A stretch of 64,000 nt of DNA from an uncultured Verrucomicrobiae bacterium (GTDB lineage Bacteria; Verrucomicrobiota; Verrucomicrobiia; Chthoniobacterales; JAFAMB01): positions 503,630 to 567,629 of the forward strand of contig CAWAIK010000003.1 of NCBI GenBank assembly GCA_963782115.1. The letters are read 5' to 3'. The notes below the pieces were generated by a model, which was not told the origin of the DNA, did not search any database, and was given only the letters and a program-made list of their open reading frames with translations. Both the position numbers and the translations under genes were made by a program. Of this stretch, positions 61,502 through 64,000 are shown in pieces (within the stretch, counting starts at the first letter, position 1; the number at the start of each line of letters is the position of its first letter).

Positions 61502-62110
61502 TTAGGTGGCAGCAGTGGCGGCAGCTGGCTGTTTTGGAAGAAGGATCATGCCGACTTTCGCCGCCTGGGCTCGCAAGTATTGGGCTTTGGTTTCTTGGTA
61601 TTTGGTTTCGTAGTGTTGCATGCCTTTGTCGACATACTGGGTTCCATACTTGAGCATTCGGTAGATGAGCACGGCTAGTTTTCTAGCCATGGCGGTGATG
61701 GCTTTGGGCATTCCGATTTTAGCGATGAGTCGACGAAAGTTTGCTCCCAAAGCGCTGCGACTGTTTCGGAGCGTGCGCGCGGCCAGCCGCAGCGCGACGC
61801 TCAGTGGATTGACCACTTTGCGACTGCTGCGTTTGAGCACCTTGCCTCCGCTAATACGATGGTTAGGGCTCAAGCCCAGCCAGGAAGAGAACTTTTTCTC
61901 ATCGCTCCAGGGACCGACATTGGTCCCAATTTCGAAGAAGACTTTTTGCGCAGTCTGCAAACTGATTCCGTCGATGCGGGTCAGATCCACACCGCTGATT
62001 CGATAAAGCTCCTCTCGCAGATCAAGCTGGTCTTGTTGGCTCATGCCTGGCCGTTTGCGGCAGGCTCTTAGCCGTACTGGGGGCAGGGCTTCCTGAACTA
62101 GATCCTCTTT
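61502..62110 (-). pseudogene. IS110-family transposase, C-terminal half (truncated by IS21 copy 2)
   Basis: LTRIDGI, SWLGLSPNHRISGGK, KAITAMARKLA; frame open up to the IS21 end at 62111. Confidence 0.9.
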
Positions 62111-62298
62111 TGCGGGGACCGATCTGAAATTGGTCTGATTCTACAGGTTTGAACGAGGACTTCCGGATCCTCCGGGGGTATTTTCTTCGTCCATCTTCGA
62201 CACAAATGTTTTTCTTCGAGCTTGGGTTTTGTTCTGGATCAAAGGAAGTAGCGGGGGCTTGAGTGCGGCTTGGCGGGGGGCTGTGTTGTGGCCTCGCC

Positions 62299-62832
62299 AT
62301 GAACTCGCCTTCTTCTTGCAAGTGCCTCCATTGCAGAGAGTTCTTTATTCCCTGCCCGAATAGTCGACACACTCAGCGCTACTGCGCAAAATCCGATTGT
62401 CGCAAGGCCAGCAAGGCCGCCGCCCAAGCCAAGTGGCTCAAGAAGCCGCAAAATCGTTCCTACTTTCGCGGACCGGAAAACGTCGAGCGGGTGCAACGCT
62501 GGCGAGAGCGCCATCCCGGTTACTGGCGCAAAAAGAGATCGTCACGGCCGGATGCGTTACAAGATCTTGCCCCCAGTGAAGTATCACAAAATCAGCCGAT
62601 TACGATTAATGAGATCGGTCTTTTAGCAGACGATTTTGGCCTCTGCGAGCCCTCGAAGCCCTCCAAGACTCCCCGTGCGGGTGCGTTACAAGATCTTGCC
62701 TATGTTCAAGTGCCTCTGCTTGCGGGAGTTGTGTCCTTGCTCATCGGTGATGCGTTACAAGATCGCTTTGCCACTTTTACCCGGGAGCTCGTAGACAGAG
62801 GCAAGCGCGTGCTGGCAGCTGAACGCTCTTGA
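62299..62832 (+). CDS. IS21 passenger ORF1, copy 2
   Basis: Identical translation to 30158-30691. Confidence 0.7.
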   Translation: MNSPSSCKCLHCREFFIPCPNSRHTQRYCAKSDCRKASKAAAQAKWLKKPQNRSYFRGPENVERVQRWRERHPGYWRKKRSSRPDALQDLAPSEVSQNQPITINEIGLLADDFGLCEPSKPSKTPRAGALQDLAYVQVPLLAGVVSLLIGDALQDRFATFTRELVDRGKRVLAAERS

Positions 62833-62881
62833 GGCGGGCGGCTTTTGGCAGCCGCGGCAAACTCTAAGGAAACAACCCATT

Positions 62882-63325
62882 ATGCCCACTAAACGACTTA
62901 TCGATCCCAGGCGAATGCGCAAAGGCCTTCCGCGCGGATTCGGCTGGATAGACCACCGCCTGTTGCGAGAGGGTTACATCACCAATTGCACCCCACAGGC
63001 TCTGGCGCTGTATGTTCTTCTGGTCTGCGCCTCCGATGCGCAGGGTTTAAGCTATTACTCCGGCCCACGCATCGCAGAGTTGTTGCGTCTGGAGCCGGAA
63101 GTCGTCGCGGGAGCGCGCCGGGAATTGATCGAGTTGGGACTGATCGCTTACCAAAAGCCCCTCTATCAGCTCCTGAGCCTGGAAAGGCAACTGCCGGAGA
63201 TTAAAAGCCAGCCTGCACAACGGACTGCGTCCGCCTCCGAACCCCAACCGATTGGTGCTATTAGCCCTCTGTCGCTCAAAGCGATGGTCGAAGACTTTCT
63301 GCAAAAGCAAGGAGGTAAGAAATGA
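62882..63325 (+). CDS. IS21 passenger ORF2 (HTH), copy 2
   Basis: Identical translation to 30741-31184. Confidence 0.75.
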   Translation: MPTKRLIDPRRMRKGLPRGFGWIDHRLLREGYITNCTPQALALYVLLVCASDAQGLSYYSGPRIAELLRLEPEVVAGARRELIELGLIAYQKPLYQLLSLERQLPEIKSQPAQRTASASEPQPIGAISPLSLKAMVEDFLQKQGGKK

Positions 63326-64000
63326 TCAACTTTGAAACCTATCACGAGGTGCGCCGTTTGAACCGGGAGTTGAAGCTGACTGCGGCTCAGATTGCCGAAA
63401 AGACCGGACTCAATATCAAGACCATCCGCAAATGGCTGGATAAACCCCGCTACGAGCCGCGCAGCAAGGGATCCAAGCGCGCAAGCAAACTGGATCCCTA
63501 TAAAGATCTGATAGTCTCCTGGCTGGAAAAACATCCTTACACCGGAATGCAGATCTTTGAGCGCCTGCGCTCTGAACACGGTTACACAGGCTCAAGATCG
63601 ATCCTGCATGACTTCATCGCCACGGTGCGACCAGTTCGCCACCAAGCTTACCTCAAACTGGCCTTTGAACCGGGCGATTGCCTGCAGATCGACTGGGCCA
63701 CGCACGGCTTGATGCGCATCGGAGACTGTACACGCAAACTCCATTACTTCGCCGCGGTGCTCTGCTATAGCCGGTTACTCTTTGTGGAGTTTTTCCTGAG
63801 CCAAAGTATGGAATGCTTCCTGGCCGCCAACCGTCACGCGCTGGAATACTACGGTGCGAGTCCCAGGCGCATCATGCACGACAATCTTAAGACGGCTGTA
63901 CTGGAGCGTCTGCCGGGTTGCGCTCCTGTCTTTAATCCGCGTTATCTGGATTTTGCCGCACACTACGGCTTCAAGCCGGTGGCGTGTAATGTCGGGCGAG
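63322..64000 (+). CDS. istA: IstA transposase, copy 2, partial at the window edge
   Basis: Same sequence as 31181-31859. Confidence 0.92.
   Translation, partial: MINFETYHEVRRLNRELKLTAAQIAEKTGLNIKTIRKWLDKPRYEPRSKGSKRASKLDPYKDLIVSWLEKHPYTGMQIFERLRSEHGYTGSRSILHDFIATVRPVRHQAYLKLAFEPGDCLQIDWATHGLMRIGDCTRKLHYFAAVLCYSRLLFVEFFLSQSMECFLAANRHALEYYGASPRRIMHDNLKTAVLERLPGCAPVFNPRYLDFAAHYGFKPVACNVGR

Larger units (their letters stand above)
62111..64000 (+). mobile_element. IS21-family element with passenger genes, copy 2 (runs off the window)
   Basis: Matches 29970-31859 at offset 32141; no differences seen and the translated ORFs are identical. Confidence 0.95.

Overview
A bacterial accessory region, probably from a soil Verrucomicrobia-like genome (inferred from the pilin cluster style, Uma2 paralogues and Pro/Thr-rich secreted proteins; not proven). 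(i) 1-29.9 kb is a mosaic of redox and detoxification genes (NmrA, SDR, quinone oxidoreductase, azoreductase, two Tat-exported hydrolases), five LysR genes or remnants, many abutting gene fragments, and IS elements (complete ISL3, IS701 and IS630; remnants of IS5, IS4, IS630 and Tn3). (ii) 29970-37080 is an IS21-family element with two extra 5' passenger genes. Its istA is split at the KGRVE catalytic motif by a 3450-bp large-serine-recombinase (LSR) element. Main finding: excising this element at its shared AAAG core restores istA exactly. On the excised circle, the same event joins an RBS and ATG from one end, in frame, to a start-less ~105-codon ORF at the other end, so that gene should only be translatable after excision. 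(iii) 38.4-55.9 kb is a type IV pilus/T2SS-like cluster (PilT, two near-identical pilins, a putative pilin-modifying membrane protein, PilB, PilC, minor pilins). (iv) 56-64 kb holds Uma2 paralogues, toxin-antitoxin pairs, an autotransporter remnant, and an IS110 truncated by a second copy of the IS21 element. No rRNA, tRNA or CRISPR array was seen. All family assignments are from motif recognition by eye, not database searches.
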